Part shown: piece after piece, positions 1-11,864 of the stretch
Layout of the letters: each line of letters starts with the position of its first letter
How positions within the stretch are numbered: the first letter of the stretch is position 1
Source of the DNA: Octopus sinensis
Lineage: Eukaryota
Assembly (NCBI RefSeq): GCF_006345805.1
Contig: NC_043020.1
Location: forward strand, 10,292,001 to 10,356,000
DNA length: 64,000 nt
Direction of reading: 5' to 3'
Program-made: the position numbers and the translations under genes
The notes under the pieces: model-generated
Told to the model about the DNA's origin: nothing
What the model saw: only the letters and a program-made list of their open reading frames with translations
Database searches by the model: none

Positions 1-407
1 TAATACTCATTATCTTTTATTAAACTTTTAATACTTTTGATATATATTTAAAATAATATAAATTAATTAATTTTATGTATTGGCTTAAGTTTTTCATTGT
101 TTGATTTGCCTTATAGTGGTTTTATCTCTAATTTAATATAATATATATATATATATGTATCGCGTGGTACCTGTTTACAGTTAAGTAGACTGATTACATC
201 CGTGAACTGTATCATCTAATAACATAACATTTTCTGCTGTGGCAACCCTAAAGTTAATATTTTCCGGGACGAGGAAAGATTTTAATTAAAGAACACTGAT
301 TTTATAATTTTTTTATGCGTTATTTCACTCATTCCTTAATTTTTTTCTTCTTTTGATATCGCATATCATTGTGTGTGTGCGTGCAATGCTGGCGTAATCC
401 CAGTTGT

Positions 408-792
408 GGAAGCACTCCGTCGCTTACGACGACGAGGGTTCCGGTTGATCCGATCAACAGAACAGCCTGCTCGTGAAATTAACGTGTAAGTGGCTGAGCA
501 CTCCACAGACACAAGCACCCTTAACGTAGTTCTCGGGGATATTCAGCGTGACACAGATAGTGACAAGGTCGGCCCTTTGAAATACAGGTACAACAGAAAT
601 AGGAAGTAAGAGTGAGAGAAAGTTGTGGTGAAAGAGTACAGCAGGGATCACCAGCATCCCCTGCCGGAGCCTCGTGGAGCTTTTTAGGTGTTTTCGCTCA
701 ATAAACACTCACAACGCCCGGTCTGGGAATCGAAACCGCGATCCTACGACCGCGAGTCCGCTGCCCTAACCACTGGGCCATTGCGCCTCCAC
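408..792 (-). mobile_element. tRNA-derived SINE-A, full length
   Basis: Head GGAGGCGCAATGGCCCAGTGGTTAGGGC..GGTTTCGATTCCC (A and B boxes). TSD AATCCCAGTTGT (396-407, 793-804). Confidence 0.92.
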
Positions 793-975
793 AATCCCAG
801 TTGTACAGCAAATATGAGTGGAGTGTTGAATTTAAAACCTGCTTCTACGTTTCAAAAATTCTTTTGTAGACCAACTATGTTTTCAACGCCGAAGATAACG
901 ATTTTGTTCCCAAAATACCTTTTCCTTGTCTTCTACTTCCCATGTTTTGTTTTACACTAGTTCGAAAATTTTGTT

Positions 976-1404
976 GGCGATCTTTCGTCTCTAGTAGACC
1001 TTTCCGTCGATTTCCGTAAAAAATTTTTTCTTTTTTTACATATGGGCTTGCGGGAACTTTTGAAGTAATATACATATACACATACACCGAGTAAAAAATT
1101 TCAGTTATCTCTTTCTTTCACACATTACTCTGTCTCTTCACACACACTAACAGAAGAACTTCACTTACACAACATACTGTCTGTCTCCCACACCCCATCA
1201 AACACACACACACACACACGCACACACGTACATCAATGCTTCCCCTGGACGGTAACTTCAAAAGAACTTCCCTCGTCATACAATCGCTTTCTGTTAGTCT
1301 CTTTCGCTCTCATTACTTCAAAAGTTCCCGCAAGCCCATATGTAAAAAAAAAAAAAATTTTTACGGAAATCGACGGAAAGGTCTACTAGAGACGAAAGAT
1401 TGCC
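976..1404. mobile_element. MITE family J (Merlin-like), ~95-bp TIRs
   Basis: TIR GGCGATCTTTCGTCTCTAGTAGACC.../...GGTCTACTAGAGACGAAAGATTGCC. 8-bp TSD ATTTTGTT (968-975, 1405-1412). Confidence 0.9.
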
Positions 1405-1702
1405 ATTTTGTTTATTCATTTATGCATAATAACCACGTGGCGATAAATGGAAATTACGATGATTTTGAAAACAAGTTTTAACTCCTCCTCCTCGCTATTC
1501 AACAGCTGACACGCCCCCCGAATCCACAGCATTTTCCAGACTTAATATTCCGGATGTTTTTAAACTTGGCCACGCATTTGCGCCTGCGCAGATGTAGCTG
1601 TTGTGTTTTTGCTTTTTTTTCTTCAACTATCAAATGAAACGAGAGGATGGCATCAATGTGGTCGTTCCACATGATAAAAATATACTTTAAACTCTTAGAT
1701 AT

Positions 1703-1885
1703 AGGCGTAGGAGTGGTTGTGTGGTAAGTAGCTTGCTTACCAACCACATGGTTCCGGGTTCAGTCCCACTGCGTGGCATCTTGAGCAAGTGTCTTCTACT
1801 ATAGCCTCGGACCGACCAATGCCTTGTGAGTGGATTTGGTAGACGGAAACTGAAAGAAGCCCGTCGTATATATGTATATATACAC

Positions 1886-1923
<38 letters not shown>

Positions 1924-2117
1924 TTGTCCCCCCCCCCCCAACATCGCTTGACAACCGATGCTGGTTTGTTTACGTCCCCGTTACTTAGCGGTTCGGCAAA
2001 CGATAGAATAAGTACTAGGCTTACAAAGAATAAGTCCTGGAGTCGATTTGCTCGACTAAAGGTGGTGATCCAGCATGGCCACAGCCAAATGACAGAAACA
2101 AGTAAAAGAGTAAAGAG
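1703..2117 (+). mobile_element. SINE-B (tRNA head, CORE-like CTTGGGCAAGTG, internal (TA)n(TG)n, (AGTAAAAG)n tail)
   Basis: A box TGG(C/T)TGTGTGG, B box GGTTCAGTCC. More than 20 near-identical copies in the window. Confidence 0.9.
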
Positions 2118-2144
2118 TATATATATATACATACATTATATACA

Positions 2145-2620
2145 TTCTTCTTCTTCTTCTTCTACTGCATTGACCATTTCGTAATAGGGGACATTAGTTG
2201 AGGACGACGCAGTCAGATTTCACCACTTCTCTCGGTTTTCCGCGGTCCTCTGTGAATCGGTAATCTGGATTTTGGCCAAGTTTTCATCATTCCTTTCCGA
2301 GCTGTTATCCACTACCTGGGACATTCCTTGGTCCCAAAACCTTAGCCGTTGACCAGAGCAAGGATCTTTCTCAATAGACAGTCAGTCACACCTTGGGAAG
2401 CCCTACTCGGAGTCTTTCGCCTACCGGTGCAGTGTTAACACCATCCCTCACTTGGTTTGGTCCACCAGCTAAAGAGAACGCTCCAGGATGTGACGCTGTG
2501 AGCCATCAAGTAACAGATTAGGGGTTGAACGAAGACAAGCGATGCCTGTCCACCTGACCGTCCTAGGCAAGGTGCAACTGCCAAACACCAAAGGTACTAC
2601 TCCATTACTATAACTATGAT
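2145..2620 (-). mobile_element. Short RTE-derived element with (GAA)n tail
   Basis: Minus strand GQRLRFWD..AENREKW* (RTE ORF2 C-terminus) joined to ~230 nt of non-coding 5' sequence. Confidence 0.55.
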
Positions 2621-2635
2621 GATAGCAGTAGTATA

Positions 2636-2669
2636 CTATCACCACCACCACTACTACTACTACTACTAT

Positions 2670-2701
<32 letters not shown>

Positions 2702-2745
2702 ATAATAATAATAATAAAATAATAATAATAATAATAATAATAAAT
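2636..2745. repeat. (CAC/TAC/TAA)n microsatellite
   Basis: Direct reading. Confidence 0.95.
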
Positions 2746-3420
2746 TCTGGTTTATTGGCTACAAGGGCTAACATAAATCAAAAAATATGTAAGGACAAAC
2801 ACAGGACGAAAAGTACAAAGGGTTTTGCGAAAAAGAAAGGTCTGTGTAAACATTTAAATAACAGCGAAAATATATAACAAATAAAAACTCCCAATGGGGC
2901 GGGGGGGGGCGCTTCGAAAGGTTACTCGTGGAAAACCCATAAAAGCCAGGGGAGCCTGGTCAAAAGCGGGGTAGAGAGCCCCTTCTCCTTTTATATTACC
3001 TTTTTTTTTTACAGGTGGGCGATGCTTCGTGACTTTGTTTACATTTCTGAAGATAACAGAAACCATTTTCTCCCACCCCTAACTGTAACCCTAACCCTAA
3101 CCCCCCATATATAAAAAAACAAACACTTTCTTGAAATGTATCCGGTACTTATACCGAAGTTACGCCCTTTTTTTTTTTTACAGGTGTAATCTCAGAATTG
3201 GTCCGTTCATACTGGCTATTTTACCGACATTCACCCACCTTTCAATAAATTTGCTACGAGACACCATTATACAATGTAGTCTAATAAATGAAACTACATC
3301 AACAATTACAAGGGAACATTCGCTATATGATATAATCGTTAAAAGGACTGGATATCACGCCCAAAATGTACTCGATGAATTTTGCTTGTTAAGGCTACCT
3401 GTCGCTAATCAGCAACAACA

Positions 3421-3780
3421 AGCGGAGGCGCAATGGCACAATGGTTAGGGCAGCGGACTCGCGGTCGGAGGACCGCGGTTTCGATTCCCTGACCTGGTGT
3501 AGTGTGTGTTTATTGAGCGAAAACACTTAAAGCTCCACGAGGCTCCGGCAGTGGAGTTGTGGCGAACCCTGTTGTACTCTTTCGCTCCGACTTTCTCTCA
3601 CTCTTACTTCCTGTTTCTTGTCCCCGACATCCTACGCAACCGCTGAGCCTGGATGCGCATTCATCCATCCGTCGATGCTCTCGGTGTCGGGGGGTTGTTG
3701 ACCGGCTTTCTCTTCTGCGGGTCTTACGAATAGCAAAGGACCACAGTTCGGACCGCTCATCAGCAACAACAATAACAAAG
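3421..3780 (+). mobile_element. SINE with A head and a different 3' half ending in CAA-rich repeats
   Basis: Matches A up to CTTACTTCCTGTTTCT (~3618), then unrelated sequence. Confidence 0.75.
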
Positions 3781-3913
3781 AAACGACACGTAGGAGCCAG
3801 CATGGCAGAGAAAGCCATGGGATCATGTATTCTTTCTTCATTGAAGATTGATACCATCAATGTTTTATGACAACATACAAACAACCGGTCTGTTTTTTAA
3901 AAGTAATTTCTAT

Positions 3914-4337
3914 AGGCGCAGGAGTGGCTGTGTGGTAAGTAGCTTGCTAACCAACCACATGGTTCCGGGTTCAGTCCCACTGCGTAGCATCTTGGGCAAG
4001 TGTGTCTTCTGCTATAGCCCCGGGCGACCAAAGCTTGTGAGTGGATTTGGTAGACGGAAACTGAAAGAAGCCTGTCGTATATATGTATATATATATATAT
4101 ATATATAAGTGTGGTGTATATGTTTGTGTGTCTGTGTTTGTCCCCCTAGCATTGCTTGACAACCGATGCTGGTGTGTTTACGTCCCCGTCACTTAGCAGT
4201 TCGGCAAAAAGAGACCGATATAATAAGTACTGGGCTTACAAAGAATAAGTCCCGGGGTCGATTTGCTCGACTAAAGGCGGTGCTCCAGCATGGCCGCAGT
4301 CAAATGACAGAAACAAGTAAAAGAGTAAAAGAGTAAA
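3914..4337 (+). mobile_element. SINE-B
   Basis: Family consensus. Confidence 0.9.
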
Positions 4338-4534
4338 GTTTTCATATTTTGTTTCTAATTACTTCGGTATAGACCTACAACATAAAACTAGTGACAGGCT
4401 GAATGCAAAACTAAACATATTTTCACATCAACATACCCATATATACACCCCCTTCATACACGCTCATATTGTAGTATATGGACATATGCATACGTACCAA
4501 ATAATTGATAAATATATTGTACAGTATACTGAAA

Positions 4535-5000
4535 TCACGTACGTACATACATACATGCATACATACATACATACATGCATACGTACATACATACATACAT
4601 ACATACATACGTACGTACATACATACATACATACATACATACACACACACATACATACATACACACACACACACATACACACACACACATACATACACAC
4701 ACATACATACATACATACATACATACATACACACACACATACATACATACATACATACATACACACACACATACATACATACATACATACATACACACAC
4801 ACACATACATACAACATACATACATACACACACACAACACAATACACTACGTACGTACACACACACATACATACATACATACATACATACACACACACAT
4901 ACATACATACATACATACACACACACATACTACACACATACATACACATACATACATACATACATACATACATACATACATACATACATACTACACCATA
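4535..5000. repeat. (TACA)n/(CA)n compound microsatellite
   Basis: Direct reading. Confidence 0.97.
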
Positions 5001-5347
5001 CATAAAATATTGTTACCAGTTCAAATATGCTTGGAGGTATAAGATATATTCGATCCCGTGGGCTCAAAACGTCAAAGACTTTTCCATTCTTCCCGAGCGT
5101 TAAGCTAATACACCTCCTTGTTCTTCCTCCACCTGTCTTCGTCTCTTGTTTCCAATAAATCTGGACTAATATGTATGTATGTGTGCGTGTATGTATGTAT
5201 GTATGTATGTATGTATGTATGTATGTATGTATGTATGTGTGTGTGTATGTATGTACGTATGTATGTATTACGTATGTAGGTAGGTAGGTTTGTGTGTGTG
5301 TGTGTGTGTGAGGAGAGAGAGAGAGAGCGAGAGAAATAGGACATACC

Positions 5348-5885
5348 TATTTGTTTACTACCCACAAGGGGCTAAACACAGAGGGGACAAACAAGGACAG
5401 ACAAACAAGGACAGTGCGTAACTGGTACTTATTTAATCGACCCCAAAAGGATGAAAGGCAAAGTCGACCTCGGCGGAATTTGAACCCAGAACGTAGCGGC
5501 AGACGAAATACCTATTTCTTTACTACCCACAAGGGGCAAAACACAGAGAGGACAAACAAGGACAGACAAACGGACTTAGTCAAATATATCGACCCCAGTG
5601 CGTAACTGGTACTTATTTAATCGACCCCGAAAGGATAAAATGTTTTCTTATTACCCACAAGGGGCTAAACATAGAGAGGACAAACAAAGACAGACAAACG
5701 AATTAAGTCGATTATATCGACCCGAGTGAGTAACTGGTACTTATTTAATCGACCCCGAAAGGATAAAAGACAAAGACAAAGCCAAAGCCAACCTGGGCGG
5801 TATTTGAACTCAGAACGTAACGGCAGACGAAATACGGCTACGCATTTCGCCCGGCGTGCTAACGTTTCTGCCAGCTCGCCGCCTT
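5348..5885 (-). mobile_element. SINE-C array (three tails, one head)
   Basis: Head AAGGCGGCGAGCTGGCAGAAACG..GAGTTCAAAT, tail GCCCCTTGTGGGTARTAAAGAAATA. Flanking repeat GAGAGAAAT(A/C)GGACATACC. Confidence 0.85.
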
Positions 5886-6347
5886 AGAGAGAGAGAGAGA
5901 AATCGGACATACCTACCCATCGATCATCCGTCGTTATCCAATACTTGCTACGGAATGAACGTAAGGTGAAACTTTGCTTCTATCGTTTATACTTCGGCTA
6001 CTGCTACTTCTGTCTTTATTGCTGTTGTTATCATTAATCACGGGTTTTGATTGTCTCTCCGCCACCCAACAAACCGACCAGCCCGACCATCAGCTGACGT
6101 TCGAACTATTTCCTAATTGCGATGACAGTTGGAATAATCCTTCCTCCACCCACAACCATCTCTGTGGCGTCGGTTACTCCGGCTCTCTGTCTCTCTGTCT
6201 CTCTTTGTCTCTCCTTCAGTGTTTATATTGTTCACAGTGGCCATAAAAAACATCCATCAAATCGTTTCTTTTGTGAAGTATTTTGACTAAAACGGTGCGA
6301 GGTGAAATAATTATCGGCCGTGAAAGTTTTCCGTAGGAAATTACCTC

Positions 6348-6387
<40 letters not shown>

Positions 6388-6617
6388 CCTCTCTTTGTAG
6401 AAAAGGAGAAAGCAAAGTCTTCAGTGTGAGTATGTGGTTTGCGGGGTCAACTACGTCCTCCGCTTCATTTTTGTTAATCACTCATTCTCATATAATTGTA
6501 TATATTTTTAATTGTTTGTTTTTCATACGTTTCGTCTCATTCGATACCCTGACCCCCAACGTTTGTTTTGTCCCCTCTTTTTCTCAACCTTATGGTGAAT
6601 AAAGAATACTCTCTCTC

Positions 6618-6667
<50 letters not shown>

Positions 6668-6720
6668 TTCTCTCCTCTCTCTCTCTCCTCTCTCTCTCGA
6701 TAACTCGCTATCTATCCACT

Positions 6721-6868
6721 CTTATTCTATTACTCGTTTCAGTCATTTCACTGTGGCCCTGCTGGAGCACCGCCTTTAAGTCGAACAAATCGACCCCAGG
6801 ACGTATTCTTTATAAGGCTAGTACTTATTCTATCGGTTCTTTTGCTGAACCGCTAAGTTACAGGGACG
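6721..6868 (-). mobile_element. SINE-B 3' fragment
   Basis: Family consensus 3' part, abutting the foldback element. Confidence 0.75.
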
Positions 6869-8640
6869 GAGATGAAAATACTTCTTCCGTTTAGGGCATT
6901 ATTCCCTAGGTTTCTAAAGTTTTTTTTTTTTAAAATCATACTTTATTTAAAGAATTCCTATCATTTGCGTATGAATATATATAATAATAATGAAATTATT
7001 GTATACAGTGCTCAGGTGCACCACAACTTGTCAGAAAGTGCATATAAAGTACATGCAGTAGTGTAGAAATGTCTGGGAAGCGAACAATGTATGAGTCAGA
7101 TACATGCTTGTGTGTGTATGGAGGGGAGAAAATCAGGTGTAGTGTTGGCGAATCTCAGAAAGCATGGAAGTTTTGAAGGATGCAGTGCTCCGACAACTAA
7201 CAACTGATGCCGGCAGTTTGTTCCATGCTTCAGCAACTCTTAGCGTGAAAAAATGTTTCCGAAAGTCATGGGAGCTGTGCTGTTTTCTGACTTTGTAAAT
7301 ATGTCCACGGGTGTTAGACGGGTGGAGTTTTTAATAATAATAAAATAATGAAATTATTGTATACAGTGCTCAGGTGCACCACAACTTGTCAGAAAGTGCA
7401 TATAAAGTAATGCAGTAATGTACAAATGTCTGGGAAGCGAACAATGTATGAGTCAGATACATGTTTGTGTGTGTATGGAGGGGAGAAAATCAGGTGTAGT
7501 GTTGGCGAATCTCAGAAAGCATGGAAGTTTTGAAGGATGCAGTGCTCCGACAACTAACAACTGATGCCGGCAGTTTGTTCCATGCTTCAGCAACTCTTAG
7601 CGTGAAAAAATGTTTCCGAAAGTCATGGGAGCTGTGCTGTTTTCTGACTTTGTAATATGTCCCGGGTGTTAGACGGGTGGAGTTTTTAAATAATAATAAT
7701 AATAATGAATTATTGTATACAGTGCTCAGGTCACCACAACTTGTCAGAAAGTGCATATAAAGTACATGCAGTAATGTAGAAATGTCTGAAAGCGAACAAT
7801 GTATGATCAGATACATGCTTGTTGTGTGTATGGAGGGGAGAAAATCAGGTGTAGTGTTGGCGAATCTCAGGAAGCATGGAAGTTTTGAAGGATGCAGTGC
7901 TCCGACAACTAACAACTGGGCCGGCATCATTATTTTTAATGATAAAAGATAATTAGAAGAATCAATTTATTGGACGGGGTCGAATAAATATCATCAAATA
8001 AATGGAACAAATTTTGATCCTTATATGAATTATGTATTTGTTTAAACCAGACAGCTGTTTTTGTTGCAAAAACCCATATTTAGGGTATACAATTGAAGAA
8101 TATGAATTTCAACAAAAGTAATACACATAATTATATTATATTATTTGGGACTCATTGTGAGCGAAAGGAAGAAAACATAAATTAGTTAGAAAAGGAAATT
8201 AATATAAAATGATCGCAAAAATGAAAACTAATGATACAAAATCTAAATATTTAAATTAGTTAGAAAAGGAAATTAACATAAAATGATCGCAAAAATGAAA
8301 ACTAATGATATGAAATCTAAATATTTAAATATTATCCACGGATGAGTTACAGATAACATATAATTATGTGTATTACTTTTGTTGAAATGCCTATTCTTCA
8401 ATTGTATACCCTAAATATGGGTTTTTGCAACAAAAACAGCTGTCTGGTTAAATTAAATGCACAATTCATATTAGCGTAAAAACTTGTTCCATTTATTTGA
8501 TTATAATTATTATTATAATTATTTTTTAATCATATATATTCATACGCAAATGAAAAGAATTCCTTAAATAAGGTATGATAGGAAAAAATACCCTGGAAAC
8601 CTAGAGAATAATGCCCTAAACGAAAGAAATATTTTCCTCT
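6869..8640. mobile_element. Foldback element with long inverted arms
   Basis: 6869-6980 is inverted to ~8535-8640, and ~7985-8150 is inverted to ~8355-8510. A central ~75-bp direct repeat lies at 8180-8330. The CR1 array sits in the left arm. Confidence 0.75.
6981..7926 (-). mobile_element. Tandem array (2.7 units, ~355 bp) of a CR1-clade LINE 3' end
   Basis: RKHFFTLRVAEAWNKLPASVVSCRSTASFK (CR1 ORF2 C-terminus) + 3'UTR + (ATT)n tail. Units 6981-7334, 7335-7689, 7690-7926. Confidence 0.88.
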
Positions 8641-8664
8641 GAAATATATATATATATATATATA

Positions 8665-8996
8665 AAAGACCCCCTTCGGTCATGAATGACCATGGGATTG
8701 CACCTAGAAAGTTACCCTCCTAGACACAAGTCTGGGCAAGGTTGTTTTTATGGAAGGCCAGCAGTCGCCCATCGCATACCAGCCTCCCTCCACGCCACCA
8801 GTGTTATCCAAGGGAAAGACAAAGGGCCGATACAGCTTGGCACCAGTGACGTCGCAACTAATTTCTAAAGCTGAGTGAACTGGAGCAACGTGAAATAAGT
8901 GCTTTGCTCGAGAACACAACACGCAGCCCGGTCCGGGATTCGAGCTCACAACCTCACGATCGTAAGCTCGACGCTCTAACCACTGAGCCATGCGCC

Positions 8997-8998
<2 letters not shown>
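8665..8998 (-). mobile_element. SINE-F: E-type head and CORE-like segment with a different tail
   Basis: GAAGGCGCATGGCTCAGTGG..TTTCACGTTGCTCCAGTTCACTCAGCT, then an unrelated tail ending GACCGAAGGGGGTCTTT. Confidence 0.75.
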
Positions 8999-9092
<94 letters not shown>

Positions 9093-9151
9093 CATATACA
9101 TATAATATATATATATATATATATATGATATATAATATATATATATATATG

Positions 9152-9345
9152 CAGAGGTACATGAAGCCCAGTTACAACAACAGCCGGCTATTACCAGTAA
9201 AGGTCTTAGTTCCCATTTTTATACAAGACATCGTAGATCTTTAGCTGGGCTAAAAAGTCACATTCGATCACAGCACCAGTAACGTTAAGCTTCATGCAAT
9301 GGCCAAAATCGATAACGAGGGGGCAGCCATAATATATATATGTAT
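9152..9345 (+). mobile_element. RTE LINE 3' terminal fragment
   Basis: SLAGLKSHIRSQHQ* (C2H2 end), then CGAGGGGGCAGCCAT and a (TA)n tail. Confidence 0.65.
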
Positions 9346-9374
9346 ATATAATATATTATCTATATATATATATA

Positions 9375-9844
9375 CGAGCAAAACGCCCCCGTCCAATGGA
9401 CGGTGCTGAGTTGTCAAACTTTAAACCAATTTTCTCAAAACGACTTGTCCGGCCCGTCCCATAAGGCCTCCCCTTTGAGAAACACTGATTTTACCTAAAT
9501 TTGAGACACCAGCAAAAGAAGAAATAGACTTTTTTCCTATTCCAAAGAAAAATGATTTTAATCACACAAATATGCAACCGAAGAGTTTAAAGTAGCAGTG
9601 AGTACATCGCAATTCTGATGTACTTGCGCGTACAAATGCACGTTCCCACGGCTTTATCGATCGCATTCTCACCTGGAATCGATTTTTGTAATTTTTTCAA
9701 GACTTATACACGCCCTGATACCGTCAGTATCTACATATCAAATTTGAGCGCAATCGGATGGAAGATGCCCGAGGTCCTAAAAGACACACCACACACACAA
9801 CCACCACACACACACAGAACGGATTTTATATTATATATATATAG
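9375..9844 (-). mobile_element. Non-autonomous Helitron (diverged)
   Basis: Minus strand: CTATATATATAATATAAAATCCG..(TG)n 5' region, 3' hairpin CCGTCCATTGGACGG, then ..TTTTGCTCG|T. Confidence 0.6.
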
Positions 9845-9876
9845 CTTGGCGATAACTATCAATATATTGTATTATA

Positions 9877-9914
<38 letters not shown>

Positions 9915-9919
9915 TAGGT

Positions 9920-10400
9920 TATAAAATGAGATCGGGTTTGAAAATCAACCCACCATGGGATAATATATATCCAATATACTGCCAGATAGGTACCCAACAA
10001 GATTAATACATAGATGTTAAAAATTGTCAAACAATCAGTTCATCTATTGTATTATATGGGTAAAGGTAATAATATTACCGTAAATTAATACGACAAAATT
10101 AGAGAATGGAGAACATACTTAAATTAATAAAAAATCAACTATCCGATGATACCCAATCAATACTTTAATACACCATTACATATGAGTAAAGGCATTATAC
10201 AAAATGAGATATACAGTAATAGTAAAAAGATAAAGCTATAAGTAAACAATTTCAAATATAATATGCAATTAAATCAAAACTGACAGCTGTTTCGGCAGTG
10301 AGGGCAGTCATACTCATTTAACCCTCTAAGCCATAAAGGCAGGTATAAATGAGGCATTAACAAGTGATGCCCCACGGCCTCCTCAGAGAATTAAATTAAA
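9920..10400 (-). mobile_element. Penelope-like terminal repeat remnant
   Basis: AT-rich segment ending in a hammerhead motif, a configuration typical of PLE pseudo-LTRs. Confidence 0.55.
10276..10392 (-). ncRNA. Type I hammerhead ribozyme motif
   Basis: Minus strand CTGAGGA - long stem II (GGCCGTGGGGCA/TGCCCTCACTGCC) - GAAA - CAGCTG palindromic stem III - GTC cleavage triplet. Stem I is only 2 bp plus weak pairs. Confidence 0.65.
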
Positions 10401-10781
10401 TTTGTTATAATTGTGAAAATATTTATATAACCATATACATATAAATATAAAAATATAAAAATGTACTACTCTGCATTTCGAAGGTGAAGGCGATACGCAT
10501 CTTCGATAGAAACTTTCTTTCCCGCGAAAAGCAAATTAAATAAAATTTGAGATCTCTTTGCGGAGGGGTAAAAATGGTAACAAAAACAGGACAGGACAGT
10601 GACGACAGTACAAAATATAAACAGTAAAAGACAGGACAAGGAGAATAACAAGACAAGAAGGGCCGTTAAGCCGAACGAGATAAAGTATTACGAACGCTAT
10701 TTTTGAGAACGGCGAAGGAGCAACAGAAAATGCCGTCGTATGTACGTATGTATGTATGTATGTGTGTGTGTGTGTGTGTGT

Positions 10782-10789
<8 letters not shown>

Positions 10790-10813
<24 letters not shown>

Positions 10814-10985
10814 TGTGTCTGTGTGTCTGTGTCTACGTCCCTGTCACGATACTGATAGATTAAGTACCAGGCTCAAAGATAAGGATTGTGGTCGAATTGT
10901 TCGACGAAAACCTCGAAGGCGATGCTCCAGCATGACCGCAGCCCAGTAACTGAAACAAGATAAAAGATAAGAGATAAGAGATATT
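10790..10985 (+). mobile_element. SINE-B 3' part, diverged
   Basis: GCTCCAGCATGACCGCAG..CTGAAACAAG(ATAAAAG)n. Confidence 0.65.
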
Positions 10986-11190
10986 TTGTCCCAATTTATT
11001 GTAATATTATTTTGAGTAACGCTTTTCATTTTATTAATCTCTGAATATATTTTCGTGTCAATCGTTACATAAACACACACACACACAAACGATTCAAGTG
11101 GTTTCAGATCGAACTCAGCTTGATATTTCTGGCAGATAATCATTAAATTATTTGGAACTTCGATCCTCAGGGACAATGTGATCAACAAGA

Positions 11191-11350
11191 GGCGCGTAGG
11201 AGTGGCTGTGTGGTAAGTAGACTGCTTACGAACCACATGGTTCAGGGTTCAGTCCCACTGCGTGGTACCTTGGGCAAGTGTCTTCTACTATAGCCTCGGG
11301 CCGACCAAAGCCTTGTGAGTGGATTTGGTAGACGGAAACTGAAAAGAAGC

Positions 11351-11441
<91 letters not shown>

Positions 11442-11655
11442 TTGTGTGTCTGTGTTTGTCCCCCCCAACCTCGCTTGACAACCGATGCTGGTGTGTTTAC
11501 GTCCCCCTAACTTAGCGGTTCGACAAAAGAAGACCGATAGAATAAGTGCTAGGCTTACAAAGAATAAGTCCTGGGCTCGATTTGCTCGACTAAAGGCGGT
11601 GCTCCAGCATGGCCACAGTCAAATGACTGAAACAAGTAAAAGAGTAAAGAGTAAG
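11191..11655 (+). mobile_element. SINE-B
   Basis: Family consensus with long internal microsatellite. Confidence 0.9.
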
Positions 11656-11864
11656 ATGAAGTATCAGTGAAACCAGCTGAGATGGCGGGGTTACAGTCAG
11701 TGTACGGGGCAGTCGGTGCCATTATAAGGTATGGGCACTCGGAGCAGTTGTCCGGGTGCCTCACAAGTCTAAGGACCCAGTTCTGATCTGTGTTGTTGTT
11801 TACTATGAATAAATAAAAGCTATAGAATCAAGGGCATTCATTTGTCTGTGGGGACACATACTTT

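Noticed and set aside
454-708. Recurrent ORFs such as MVVIPAVLFHHNF.. and MSSNARGTNT..
   Set aside because: They are readings of SINE-A and SINE-B consensus, with variable starts and stops and no domain.
1585-1600. NRF1-like GCGCCTGCGCA (and E-box CACGTG at 44257-44262)
   Set aside because: Single short motifs with no TSS evidence.
2390-2620. Possible HDV-like ribozyme at the 5' part of the RTE-derived element
   Set aside because: RTEs can carry these, but I could not assign P1, P2 and P3 pairings by eye. An RNArobo or Infernal search would decide.
4423-5103. HT/YI/VC-repeat ORFs (also 11.8-12.3, 20.4-20.8, 25.5-26.0, 41.0-41.7, 61.6-62.6 kb)
   Set aside because: Microsatellite artefacts open in multiple frames on both strands.
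8925-8998. Possible tRNA genes at SINE heads (also 20031, 43905)
   Set aside because: Acceptor and anticodon stems are imperfect and each runs into repeat body or foldback sequence.
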